DNA of 59,269 bases, the filler included, from Squatina squatina (taxonomy: Eukaryota), in assembly GCA_031763465.1 (NCBI GenBank). It is 4 parts of 4 records of this genome, joined end to end, with 100 filler letters (N's around TTAATTAATTAA, not from the genome) between each part and the next. Parts side by side here need not be neighbours in the genome. Positions count along the whole stretch, not along the records: positions 30,626 to 44,772 come from JARFOE010000013.1; positions 44,873 to 59,269 come from JARFOE010000080.1; 2 more parts are not named here. One strand, given 5' to 3'. Both the position numbers and the translations under genes were made by a program. Numbering within the stretch: the first letter of the stretch is position 1; every line of letters starts with the position of its first letter. The notes beneath the pieces were generated by a model. It searched no databases and was not told the DNA's origin. It worked only from the letters and a program-made list of their open reading frames with translations. Of the stretch, positions 37,867-50,543 are shown in pieces.

Positions 37867-39080
37867 TAAAATTGACATGGTTGGGAAATCATGAGCATTA
37901 TAAATTGGATGCAGTGACTTCTGCGAGGAGTGTAGTCTTTTCACCTCAGGGCTAGCACTTCTTTATTTGTTTCATATATGGCGAAGATTTGAACAAAGCA
38001 CACTTAAAGCCATCAAACTCACCAGAAATATGCATTTTAGGATATTCTGTCCCAAAATAACCCTGGCTAAAGCGGCATTAGAATCTTTGATAGCATACTT
38101 CACCCAAAATGGCACTTTCTCAATGCTGTGCATTAGTTGTAAATAGTCTCTGAGAACACGTTGGAAGACAATAGGTTTTGACAGTTGGAGTACAGCTAAC
38201 ATAATTATTAAAATACGCTCCCACCAGCATTTCAAATGAAAATTCATTCCACTGCACAATGTCTGAAACCATCTTAAAATAGTATTGCACTTTGATGAAA
38301 GAACTGATATTTCTGTGGATTTACTTTTACAGCAAAGCCCAGTTCCTCAGGATTATTACAATGAAAGTTTAATAAATGTCCATACATTAATATCACACAG
38401 TGTAATTTCACCCAGTTGATGTAAAAGTTCTCAGATAAACTCAACAATATTTCATACAATTAACAATAGAAAACAGAAAGCACAAATACAATGGAAAATA
38501 TAAGGGGAGATGTGAATATTCAGCACATGCACTGAACATACAGTAAATCAAGCCAATTCTTCTCATCAAATGAGCAATAATACTAAACAATTTAATCTTG
38601 TTCAAAGACACAATTGTCTCTTTGTGTAAATGAAATAAGCAATACATACTTTGCCAAGTATTATATGCCCCCTGATGTTAAAAATGACAATGCTGTTTGT
38701 AATGATAGGGGATTGCTGTAGGTTCTTTGTAATCTCCTCTTTTCATTAACCCCTCATTGGTGCTGGTGACTATCATGCTTCCTGTAAAGCCATGGTCTTC
38801 TTCATGAGCTGCTGTTAATGTCACCATGTGATTACTTGGTCAAAGATGTGGTTGGCATTGGGCCGTCGATTTTTTCCCTTAAGACAAAATGCGGTATACT
38901 TACCCTGAAATACTTCACCTGGCAGCTGGCACCCGAGCTAGACGCTCATGAAGTTCAACCTTCAAACAGAACTCTGTCGGNNNNNNNNNNNNNNNNNNNN
39001 NNNNNNNNNNNNNNNNNNNNNNNNNNNNNNNNNNNNNNNNNNNNNNNNNNNNNNNNNNNNNNNNNNNNNNNNNNNNNNNN

Positions 39081-39720
39081 CCAGCTCCGGTTCTCTGCAT
39101 ATCCCTGGTGTCCTGTGCTTTTGAGTGAGATCATGGAATGAGTGGAACGGATGGATGGACAACATCGGTTGGGGCGACTATGAAGGAGACGCATGACACT
39201 GCATTAAGATGAGGATGAGTGTCAGTGGTGGATGGTCAGATGGGGATGTGAGGAAGCACGTAAACAGATAGCAAGGTACGCTGGTGTGAGGAGTAATGCG
39301 AAGGAATAGGGTTGGGAAGGCAGAGAGAGGTTTGGGGTGACACATCAGGATGGAGTTGAATCCGTCATTGTACTCACCTTTCCTGCCCTCATGAGGTCAT
39401 TAAATCTCTTCCTGCATTGTATCCAAGACCGTGCCACCACACTCCTGCTGCTCACCTCCGCCGCTATCGCCTGCCATGCCTTCTTCGTAATTGAGGCTAG
39501 CTTCTTTCTCCCATTAGCAGGGAATAAAATTTCCCGGCGGGCCCTATCTCCTCCCAGCACAAGGTCTAGGGAGGCATCACTAAAGTGAGGGGCAGCGCTG
39601 GAATGCTGAGATTCCATTGTTAGCACTGACCAATCATTCTCTCACCTCCACAATTCTTCAACTGTCATCTTTGCAGTATTCCTTTAAATACCTCAGCTGA
39701 AATAGACCCATGTGTGTCGT
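39081..39720 (-). mobile_element. Harbinger transposon Myb/SANT (MSANTD-type) gene, exon 1 at 39378-39617 plus intron
   Basis: 80 open codons: AAPHFSDASLDLVL..RREILF..KKAWQAIAAEVS....RSWIQCRKRFNDL, then a GTGAGT donor. Confidence 0.8.
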
Positions 39721-39899
39721 NNNNNNNNNNNNNNNNNNNNNNNNNNNNNNNNNNNNNNNNNNNNNNNNNNNNNNNNNNNNNNNNNNNNNNNNNNNNNNNN
39801 NNNNNNNNNNNNNNNNNNNNTTTCTGATCTGGGACAAAGGTTCGGCACAACATCGTGGGCCGAAGGGCCTGTTATGTGCTGTATGTTCTATGTTCCACA

Positions 39900-40290
39900 T
39901 TCCAGTGAGTTATTAAAGATACGGGCATAGGACCAACATAGCTCCTTAAGGACCCATGGGTGGATATCAAGGTCAGCATTCCACTCGATTTTAAAGTTCT
40001 TTATTCTTTATAACAATCTGTCGTCTATTTCAATAACACTTTTATCGCTAATAGCACAATTTAATTCCGTATGTTGAGCATCATCTCCAAGAGTGAAGAC
40101 CTACCTGTCCTTGAGCATCTTTCAGTGGCTCAATACAGTCTTTGACGGTCTTCTGAGTCTACGTAGCTGAAAAAGCTTTTCCAATTGTTTGCGATCCTCT
40201 TTTCCATTAACCTTTTGGCTGATCTGATAGCTGCCATCGTTTTTTTTAATTGTTCTCTGAACCCTGTCATCACCCAGTAAGTGCAAATGC
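39900..40290 (-). mobile_element. Decayed CR1 ORF2 linker fragment
   Basis: Echo of K.FF.Y...K...I.PLKD; a plus-strand CR1 tail lies at 39821-39895. Confidence 0.5.
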
Positions 40291-41499
40291 TTGCTTCCAG
40301 CGGGGATTGTTGGAGAAAGATGAGTTTTTTTCCTATCTCTACAGCCTGGTGAAACCGGTGTTAGTTGTAGCAGTTCTGCTGATGTCCTGGCTGTGATTTC
40401 CTAACTCAGCACAGACCTGGAATTGTCTGATCCACTTGCATAGTGCTGACCATACTGTTCTGTATACTTTTCTGATATTGAGCTACTTGGAGACTTTAAG
40501 ATAAGTTTGGGGAGAAGTCTAGAGTCTGTGATCTAGAGAATTATGCTTTCAGTCTGCAAGGTAAACTTGCTCTGATCACTGAGCAGATGAGATCTACTTT
40601 TACAGTTGTATGGATTTGGCTACCATAATCTGGTTGCTTATTGAGTTTATAAGCATGCCTCTGAATTGCAGAATTTTCATTGATGGTTTTGCACTTGCTT
40701 GTAACCTACTTTGATGCATCTAATGGGGGACTCTTAACTCATTCCCCAAAGTTGTTGCTGCGCTTTTACTGATGTACAACGTGTGAAAATCAAAAAAGTT
40801 GATTTATTGCTGTATTGAAGTTCATCTTTAAATCCTGAGTTTTAAATTTATTTAAGATCTGTTTTTCTCTACTTCTGGTAGACGCCTGAATACTATCTGG
40901 ATTACTGGCATCCATCTGAGAAGGCAATGTACCCTGATTACTTTGCCAAGCGAGAGCAATGGAAGCAGCTGCGTCTCCAAAGCTGGGACAAAGAGGTGGG
41001 TAAAAGGTCATTGTAATGTTCTGTATNNNNNNNNNNNNNNNNNNNNNNNNNNNNNNNNNNNNNNNNNNNNNNNNNNNNNNNNNNNNNNNNNNNNNNNNNN
41101 NNNNNNNNNNNNNNNNNNNNNNNNNNCAAAAACATTTCTGTCAGTTTACACATTATTAAAATTTTGGCAACATTCTTTAATATTTAACTTTATGAAGAGA
41201 TGCAAGGATATGTGATGAATGTTAGAATCTACTTCAACATACTACCTCTTTTTGAAAAGTTTTCCTACGTTTTTATAGTACTGGACAATTACAATTGTGT
41301 CTATGATTTTAGTATTTTTTTTCCAAAGAGCTAGTAAGTAACCATCGCCTATTTGCATCATCTGCAATCTGCATCAGCTGGAGTTACTACTGTATATCAA
41401 CTACTCCTGTCTCGCTATATTTGTGGTTAACATTGTCTTTTCTGTTTTGTTTTAGTATCAGAATCACCACAGGCACTACAAAGATAATACTATTTTCTA

Positions 41500-43404
41500 G
41501 CCAGGGGCTTGTTTATTTTTTTTAAAATTGCAACTATGAAACTTCAATTGCTGGTTTGCCCAGCTTTTTTTTTTACAGCTTCACACCAATTTATTTATTA
41601 CAAACAGCGGCTTTATGTTTTGTACCTCTAGAATGTACCTGTACTCTCAGTACTTGATGGAAATGATTTAATCTCCTCTTGTCTGTGACTCCCGAGATGT
41701 TAAAAGATTGTGTAAAAGTATCTGCAAGACTGGGATTAAAAATACCTGCATTTAAATGCGCTTAATGGTTAACGCTCAACGAAAAGCAAACGGTATTCGA
41801 AAACACTTAACATACCTGCTATCACTTCATGCAGACACGTTAAGGGTGTTGGGAATGAAGGGAAAAGAGAAAATAGGGTTGAAGGTGGCATTAGCATTTA
41901 CTGAAAACTGTATGGCTTATACCAGCCATTACTAGTTATGATGGCGAATAAAATACAATGTTGACAAAACGCAAAGACTTAGTTTACCAGAAACGCTAAA
42001 CATATATTGAAGAATTGATCATGCATACAGAAGGTGGCTACTATACATAATGCTTGTACACGCTTCAATGTGTGGCTTCCTGTATTCAATATTACTACGG
42101 GTTAGATATGAATCAAGAGCTGCAATACAAAACAAACAAGCCCCTGAAAGTATTTTTAATAGAACGTACATTTGCACAAGGGATAAGACCTGAGCTGTAA
42201 TTCTATGGCTACTGCTCTGTCATAACATGAAGAATTTGATTCTTTTCTTAAAGTTGTACTATATGGGTTTTTACTTACCCCAGCCTGCTGGGTTAATTTT
42301 TTTTTTAAAGAAAATTTGAGAAAAAGGCATTGTTATCTAGAGGACTCCCTGCTACCTTTGAGTTTTTAAAAAGGTGTGTTACTACTGTATTTCGCATACT
42401 TTCCATTGCTTTAGCCTAAAAGTCGTATTTAAAATTAGAAAAATAGAGGGGAAAAGGGAAAGGCGAAGAGAGCATATGAACTGNNNNNNNNNNAAAATAA
42501 CATCTGGGCACATGCTTACAAACAAGCTAATTTGGACAGTTAAATTCAACTGAATGCAATGCCTAAACAGCATATGAAATTATAAGTTCTGTAATTAGGC
42601 ATGGCTCATTTCAATAGGATCAACATTAAGCACTAGAAAACTACAGTATGGTTAACTATCAGTGTAAAAACATCCATTTTGTAAGGACGGTTACTGTCAT
42701 GGCACTTAATTTACGACTAAACATTAAATCCACGCTGACTCATCATGCCCTATTTGCGCTGTATTGCTTAAATTATGTTAGCTGGTAGTCTGCTATAATT
42801 CTATAATTCCCTCTTTACTGTTCAGACAGTAACTAACTTTAATACTGGGTGACGCTGCTTATCGCTCCATCCTATAGAAATAAATCTTTTAACATGGATA
42901 AAATCCAATAAATTAAAACTTCCATTTTTCTCAGTGCACCATTAATTCAGTGCACTCTTCATCAGCAGTTAATGAACATCTTACATGACAGTCTTTTACA
43001 TAAAATCATCCATTCCTTAATAAAAAATCTTTAACATGTTGTGCTCTGTCAGATTACAATGAGATTCAGATCTGATTTGNNNNNNNNNNNNNNNNNNNNN
43101 NCTGATTTGGCAGAAGGGAAGAACAAAAAGCAACTGGTAAACTAAAAAGCAGCTACAACAGAAAACAGTTTTCGTATTTACAGAGCATAAAATCCAAAAG
43201 GTAATGCAACTAGTAAAGTTTTTCCCCTCCCACTGCCGTTTCTCTTTATTCCACCAGTCTCCTCTCTCACGAGCTTCTCAAATACATACATGGTGGTATG
43301 TTATTGAGATTACAACAGTATCATTTCTTTCAAATATACAGTGGAATAGATTTCTCCAAGTCACAGAGACCTCCACCTTAATCTCTACGATACAATTTAT
43401 AAAT
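41500..43404 (-). other. MTSS1: Probable MTSS1 3' UTR
   Basis: Repeat-free AT-rich sequence downstream of the stop; minus-strand AATAAA near 41512 and 41590. The 3' end is not determined. Confidence 0.45.
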
Positions 43405-43601
43405 TTAGGAAAAACTTGGGGCCGAGCGGTCATTAGTAATTGTTTTCCTCAGTTTCACCCCACGTCGGATGGCGCTCAGCATGTCTTCACCTTGGGGAGG
43501 TTCTGCATTATCGGCCGTGGAACGCTCACCTGCTGTATCTAACTCCTGCAGGCTTAAAGCTGTACCAGTAAAAGACTGATCCCCAGCTGCAGCTGCCACT
43601 G
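43405..43601 (-). CDS. MTSS1: MTSS1 C-terminus with WH2 domain and stop
   Basis: PQGEDMLSAIRRGVKLRKTITNDRSAPSFS* matches the MTSS1 WH2 end. Confidence 0.95.
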
Positions 43602-43925
43602 NNNNNNNNNNNNNNNNNNNNNNNNNNNNNNNNNNNNNNNNNNNNNNNNNNNNNNNNNNNNNNNNNNNNNNNNNNNNNNNNNNNNNNNNNNNNNNNNNNN
43701 NGACGCTGCTTCGATCGCTCCCGCCTCTCCTCGCGCTCCTGGGCCTGTAAAAAAACAAAAGCCCCGCGCTCGGTTTATTCTGCAAATTCTTAGATCTCAT
43801 TTGTTGAGGAGATACAAACTTGGTCGAAGAGGTAGGCTTTATCTCATAGCTGTTTGTGGGACCTTGCACAAATTACAAGGGTGACCAGACTTTGAAAAGT
43901 ACCTCGATAGCTGTCAACCATTCTC

Positions 43926-44334
43926 GGGAGTGAGCCTTTGGGTGCCTCCGAGTCAGAGGGTACAGGGTTCGAACCCTGCTCTGGACATTCCTCTGGCCCA
44001 GGTTGCACACCTGACAAGCAACTTACATCAGGCACAGTCGGTGTTTTAACAGGAATCACCGGAGTCTTAATTGGTATTGGGCCTCCTCCTATAGTTCCTC
44101 TTCGGACTGATGGTTTGGTTGAAGGCGTCCGCCTGATTGTAGCAACTCCTGGCGTCATCATCATCGGTCCGGTGTTTGTTGGTAAGCCTGCTGTGGATGC
44201 AGGACGCTTCGCCTGGAACATTCGGCGATAGGACTGGCTTATATCACTATTTCGTGGAATGGTGGAAGACTTGTCAAACTCTGTCTGTTCAATATCTTGA
44301 TCACCACTCACTGAGAAGTAATCATAATCTGAAA
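43926..44334 (-). CDS. MTSS1: MTSS1 terminal exon, 5' part (Ser/Pro-rich)
   Basis: SDYDYFSVSGDQ..EFDKSSTIPRNSDISQSYRRMFQAKRPASTAGLP..PIPIKTPVIPVKTPTVPD; AG acceptor at 44336-44335. Similarity is lost near 43925. Confidence 0.95.
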
Positions 44335-44561
44335 CTGAATAGAACATTAAAAAAATGCTTTTTAAAATAGCTTAGCTACTGTGGGAGACCACACAAGAAT
44401 GAACCTTGGTAAGCTCAGGTGACACAGGAGACCCTATGAAAAGAAAGATAAGGCTAAGTGTAAGTCTGTGATTAGTTCAGTAAGACTCCATAGGTTTGAA
44501 TGGCGAGAAAATGTATAAAAAGGAGATCCCAAGAAGGGTTGATTGCAAAAGACTGGGGCCT

Positions 44562-44640
44562 GACACCTAGAGGCGAGAATAGCAGACTTGGGGGATCGTA
44601 CCATAGGGTGAGGGACACCTAGAGGTGAGAATAGCAGACT
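44562..44640. repeat. Short direct repeat, period 52
   Basis: GACACCTAGAGG(C/T)GAGAATAGCAGACT at 44562-44588 and 44614-44640. Confidence 0.85.
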
Positions 44641-44772
44641 CAGAGGACCATGCCAGAGGGTGCAGACAACTCCTACCGCAACTTTCACCAAGGCATAATG
44701 GGGTAGTATGACCATGCTTTATGCTTTTTTACCACTGGGATGTTGGTTCTCGCTTGGACTGAATAAAATTAA

Positions 44773-44872
44773 NNNNNNNNNNNNNNNNNNNNNNNNNNNN
44801 NNNNNNNNNNNNNNNNTTAATTAATTAANNNNNNNNNNNNNNNNNNNNNNNNNNNNNNNNNNNNNNNNNNNN
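44773..44872. other. Artificial scaffold spacer N44-TTAATTAATTAA-N44
   Basis: Linker at 44817-44828. Confidence 0.97.
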
Positions 44873-45825
44873 AACAGCATCTTCCTGCAGCTGAGGAAAG
44901 CACTTATCATTCTGCTTGTTGGCTTTAGGCGGAAGCCAAATGTCCCTTGGCTTACTTTTCTCATTCAGCTGGTTTTTGCAACAGTGGCAGAGGCAGTTGT
45001 GTATCGCACGGAGCATCGGTACGTGTTTTTATGCTCTTCTTGCTTCTTATTGACTGGAGCAGACCAAATTGTGTCTGCTTCACATGAAATGGGAACAAAT
45101 AACTTTTCCATGGGGAGAAAGGAAAGTTAATATCCTGCAGTGCCATGACTATATAACAGTATTTTTGCCTTACTATAAATCTACAGGAGTAACAGGGGAA
45201 AATGTACTGGATGGAGCCACGCTATGACTAGAAATACAGACAGTGTAACGACTCACTTAGTGTTGAGAAACTGTTCCAGGAAACCAAAGGTCTGTAGTAA
45301 CTAGTGCAAAAAGCATAGTCTAAACATTAAAACACAGTGTATAAAATGCCATGAGAAATCAGTCTTGTGTTGCACAGTCTTTCAATCAGTAAAATGCTGT
45401 GTTGTGTCTTTGTTGATATGAGTCTGGCTCACACCTTTTCTTTCAATTACCCAGAAGACCTGGCAAGCTGTGATTTGGAGGCTCACACACCCTGTTTCTC
45501 TCAGATCTGACTGCAGTCCTTGGATCAGTGGGCCTGTAGTGTTCAAATCAAACAACAGCTCAGGTCCTTACTCATCGTTGGTTGAGTTATCTTCCCAAGT
45601 AGCAAGCTCTCCAAAGCCCAATCCAGTACTAGTCTGTGTTGCAGAGACTGTCACTACGGTATGCAACAGAATGAGTACCAGGACGCACAACTTGAGTCTA
45701 GTGTTACACAGTCTTGATGCCGCTGNNNNNNNNNNNNNNNNNNNNNNNNNNNNNNNNNNNNNNNNNNNNNNNNNNNNNNNNNNNNNNNNNNNNNNNNNNN
45801 NNNNNNNNNNNNNNNNNNNNNNNNN

Positions 45826-46693
45826 CTCTCCACTGCTATCCCTGACTCCACCATCTGTTCTTGCTCACGTGAATTGTGAGTCACCAGGTGAACGCCCAAC
45901 GATCTGTCTAACCACTGCCACCGAAGTGCAAGTATCTGAGCTGGTGCGTGGTCTACTTCCATGATGGTGCACCCAGAGAGTGAGCTCCTCTGAAGAGTCA
46001 TGCCGTCTTGGTCGTGGGTGACCTTGACCATCTCTTGATGGTTGTTTGAAGGCCCTGTGGGAGATAAAGACATCAATGAGCACTGTCAAGGCAAGAATAT
46101 TTGAAGTCATCATTTTGCACATGATCATATTTCGCTCATTGTTGACATTAAGTCAACATGACTGAGTGTTGTATGCCATATGGCTGTCTGATATTTAACT
46201 CTTCTCATCAGGTAGCTGGGAGAACCCCATCTCTAATGGGCAGGCACGCCGGGATGCCATTGATCTCCAGCACCACCTCCTCCTCTGCAGCTGTCAGTTG
46301 CAAGATGGTTGGAGGGCTACCTCCGGTTCTCTACCTCTTCTTTGTGTTCTGTGCTCTCTTCTCCTGCAAGGAGGGAAAGAGGAGACCCTCTTTGAGTGAG
46401 AGTAGTGGCATGTGTTGAATGGCTGGATGGAGAGGGTGGCTGAGGGAGAGGCGTGACATTGCATAAAGGTGAGAGTGAGTGTCAGTGGCGGATGGACCAA
46501 CAGGGATGTGGGGAAGTGCATCGACAGCGAGGGATGGGTGTACCTGCAAGATAAGTTGGTGTGAGGAGTGATGTGCTGGAGTAGGCTTGAGAAGGCAGAG
46601 TGAGGAGGTTGGGGTGATACGCACATCAATGTGTAGGTGAATATGCCACTGTCTCATCTTTCCTGCCCTGCTTAGGTTATTAAACTGCTTTCG
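45826..46693 (-). mobile_element. Second Harbinger Myb/SANT gene copy (end of exon 1, intron, exons 2-3), decayed
   Basis: RKQFNNLSRAGK, then an intron similar to 39090-39377, then EKRAQNTKKR*RTGGSPP..LTAAEE starting at 46363. Confidence 0.75.
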
Positions 46694-49600
46694 NNNNNNN
46701 NNNNNNNNNNNNNNNNNNNNNNNNNNNNNNNNNNNNNNNNNNNNNNNNNNNNNNNNNNNNNNNNNNNNNNNNNNNNNNNNNNNNNNNNNNNNNTCTTTTT
46801 TTCTCCCTAACTATTTTACAAAGTTAGAATTTTAAGAGCTTACTCACTTCCTTGTTCGCTGTCTGTGAGAATTCTGCCTTTTGATTGGCTGGTTAGACAG
46901 CCTGTTGACACAACAGCAGTTCGAACAAGGGGATTCCCACTACAGTTCGTTGATTTGAATTGAAGGTCAGAAAACCCGAAGTTCTCGACACAGGGATCGT
47001 GAGATCCTTATGTGAAGCGGCTTCGGGGTCAGCATGAACGCCTTTGCTTTGTTGCTGACCGCAAATTCCGGGCAGTAGGATGACTAGCAAAATAAAAAAT
47101 CAAATCGAGTCATTAAATTAAATGCAATTAGCTTTTAGCACATTATGAGCATACAAGGCTACCGCCATTAGCTGTTGCACAAAATGGTGCAGCTGGAAAT
47201 GACAGACAAATTTCAGGTTGGCGGCTGGGGAAGAGTACAGAAACGAATACATTTTCCATAGCCCACTGCCTCAGGGACATCATTGCATGACTTCTTCAGT
47301 GAAGAGTCTTTGGTCGAACCAAAGAAAACTACGCAAGAAAGACCTTATTTGCAAAGAAAGATGGATCCATTATACAACCAATAGCTTGGATAAAATTCCT
47401 TTGGCTGGAATTATTTTCCTCCAGTCACTCCTACACACACACAATTTTTCATCTGTCCACTCAGGTGGGGAAGAGTGAGTTAATTATATCTGAAAAGGCA
47501 AATGAAACACAATTTGCACATCAAAGGCTGAAAAAGTGCCCATAACAGATTAGATGCTTTATTTTTGTGCTTTGGTAATCAGATGTTAATTTTGTACTGG
47601 TATAAATTCAATGCCAAATTCATATTATAATACTGCAGAAAAGAAAATTAGTGCAGTCAGTTAGCTTTCAACCAGACCATCCTAAACTGGTGATTTAACC
47701 CTAAAATATATCAGCTCTGACACAACTGTTGATGGTGGTACAAAGTGGACCAGTGATCTCTAACACTGAAGAACAAGCACAATATTGACATGGGAACACC
47801 TACAGCTTCAAGATTTCCTGCAAGCCATACATGAGGCAGTGGAAATCAATCTACTTCCTGGTATCATGCTGCAAGCATATGAACTTGTCATCAGTTATTT
47901 AAAGCATCAGGCCAAATGTGTTATTCTGAGCATAGCAACCTGTTCATTATTATGCTTTGCATCTGTAATTTTCTCTTTTTTGCCTAGCTTTGTGCTGCGA
48001 GAATAACTGTTTGTAAGTCAGGACAGTATGCTTTCCCCCAATTTTTAAACCTCTGAAGTAAATTACAACAGGCATTTCATTGCCAATTCTATATTCATTG
48101 TGTATTAGGGAATTCTTTTAACAGTATGAAAACATTGACGACCGAGGGGGTAACCTTTTTGGTTCCCTTACCTGTTAAGGGCGCAAGATAATGTATTTCA
48201 GATGAAGACTACACACTGATCTATCTGAATCCATTGGTTGAATGGTGATTATGATTTGACTTGAATAAGGAGAGCGCCACTAAGAAAAAAACCATAACCA
48301 TAGTTGTGCTACTTTTCCCAGTACCAGTTAACTAAGCATCCTTTACGTGTGAGCTTGGAGAATAAATGTCAGTGGGCTGTTCCATCGAGGGATCCATCAC
48401 GACAAACACGAGAACACAGGGATGTACAGGACTAGAAAAGATCCTTACAGTCCATCTGGTCAGCCCAAGTGGCTAGTAAATATCACATCCCACAATACCT
48501 CTCATATCTCTTCATCAATGTTTCTCCAGGTACTTATTCAACTCACTTGCATTTGTTGATACAATCAATGTTCCCCCCCGCCCCCTTTGACAGTCCCTCA
48601 AATGCATTCATCACCCTCNNNNNNNNNNNNNNNNNNNNNNNNNNNNNNNNNNNNNNNNNNNNNNNNNNNNNNNNNNNNNNNNNNNNNNNNNNNNNNNNNN
48701 NNNNNNNNNNNNNNNNNNTACATGTCGAGTTCCTATTTGTTGGGCCAGACCCATATCTTCAATCAATAGGGGATGCCCTGTCATAGATGATAGAATACAG
48801 CTGACCCACATGATCTCTCTCTCTTGCCCATTTATTGTGCTTTAGAAATGGGTTTTCAGTGTAGATTTCCCTCTGCTGTGACGACATGAATAGAAGTGTA
48901 CTTTCCACCACCCACTGTCCCCAATCAAGCTATCGTTGGAATAGAAGCTCACTGGCACAACTGGGGAAACTGTTTAAATGTTTGCCCAAAAGCTTTCACT
49001 AACCAAAAGTTTTGAAGCATAAAACACAATGGCCCAGATTTTGCTGAAAAAAATAACCGGATGACGCACGCTGTTGTTAATGTGCAAATCATCCAGCAAC
49101 TTGTGGCAAAAAAGCACACATTGCTGGCCGATTTGCACCGATCCTCAGTTATCTTTGCGAAAATGGCATCACGCCCTTATTAGGAAGTTGCTGCATTTGC
49201 ACATTAATTACCCAGTAACCTTGCCCCACTAAGTCTAGTAATTAACAGCGTAAGTACCTCCTTGGCAATGCGATAATTGTTAATGACTGCCAATGAACCT
49301 CGCTTGCCCAGAAAGTGAACAATTACAAGTATGGAATCTCATTACTTCAGGTGAATTGTTTTAGGAGATTTTAAAAATGTCAATTTATTTTTTGAATATT
49401 TTCCTTTTCTATCTNNNNNNNNNNNNNNNNNNNNNNNNNNNNNNNNNNNNNNNNNNNNNNNNNNNNNNNNNNNNNNNNNNNNNNNNNNNNNNNNNNNNNN
49501 NNNNNNNNNNNNNNGCTGAAAATCGCTGAATGCCTGTATCGTGCAAAAATTACACGCCTAAAAGTCTAACTATAGTATTAATTATTTGCAGGCGACATGG

Positions 49601-49759
49601 GGATATTACTTCCTGTGTATTAGAATCATTCATCAGATCGCAGAAACATATTTCGAACGACAGGTAATGTTTATGTTTTCATTACAGTAACAATTGCATT
49701 TGAATTAAATCATTCGGTTGTTCAAGAATGAGCAAACATTGCACCCGTGTCTCTCATTG

Positions 49760-50443
49760 GAATCATAGAACGATACAACACAGCAGAAGGCCATTCGGCC
49801 CATTGTGCATATACCGGCTCTTTGCTAGAGCTATCCAACGAGTCTCACACCCCTGCTCTTCTGCAAAAGTCTTGTAAAAACATTTTGGAAGTTACTATTG
49901 AATCTGCTTCCACCACCCTGTCAGGGAGTGCATTCCAGATCACAACTCACTGTGTATAAAAATGTTTCCTGATGTCAACTCCTAACCCAGAGATTATAAC
50001 CCTTGAGGTCCTGTTTTTTAATTTAGCTCCTAGCTGATGATACTTTCCAAACAGGACCGCTTGCCTATGTTATCGGTCCCAATATGGACCACGCCAACTG
50101 GATCGTCCCCCTCCCTCTCCAATATTCCTTTCAAGCTGTTTTGGGATGTCCATCACGCTGGCGCCAGGTAGGTAATGCACCACGTGAGACTCTCGATACT
50201 GCTTACAAAGGATGCTATCTGTCCCCCTAATTGATTCCCCTACAACTACCACATTACGCTTCTGCTCCTTCTCCTCTTCCCTTTGGACAGCCTCCGGCTC
50301 TAAGGTGCCATGGTCTGCATTCTGGCTGTCAGATAGCCTTTATCCTATCCTCACAGGTTGCAAGTACATTGTGCCTGTTGGATAGGGTTAGTTTCTGCAG
50401 ATCCTTACTCTCCATCTCACCTGGGTTCCCCTTACTCTGTACA
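49760..50443 (-). mobile_element. CR1 fragments: 3' tail plus ORF1 SGNH-esterase region
   Basis: VVVGESIRGTDSILC..RESHVVHYLPGA matches the CR1 ORF1 esterase pattern GDSIVRG..CLPGA; tail at 49760-49975. Confidence 0.8.
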
Positions 50444-50543
50444 NNNNNNNNNNNNNNNNNNNNNNNNNNNNNNNNNNNNNNNNNNNNNNNNNNNNNNNNN
50501 NNNNNNNNNNNNNNNNNNNNNNNNNNNNNNNNNNNNNNNNNNN

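Noticed and set aside
43072-43110. CTGATTTG repeated on both sides of a short gap
   Set aside because: Likely a contig-end overlap artefact.
44929-45018. Possible plus-strand exon between TTTAG and GTACGT
   Set aside because: Short, open in several frames and with no recognisable homology.
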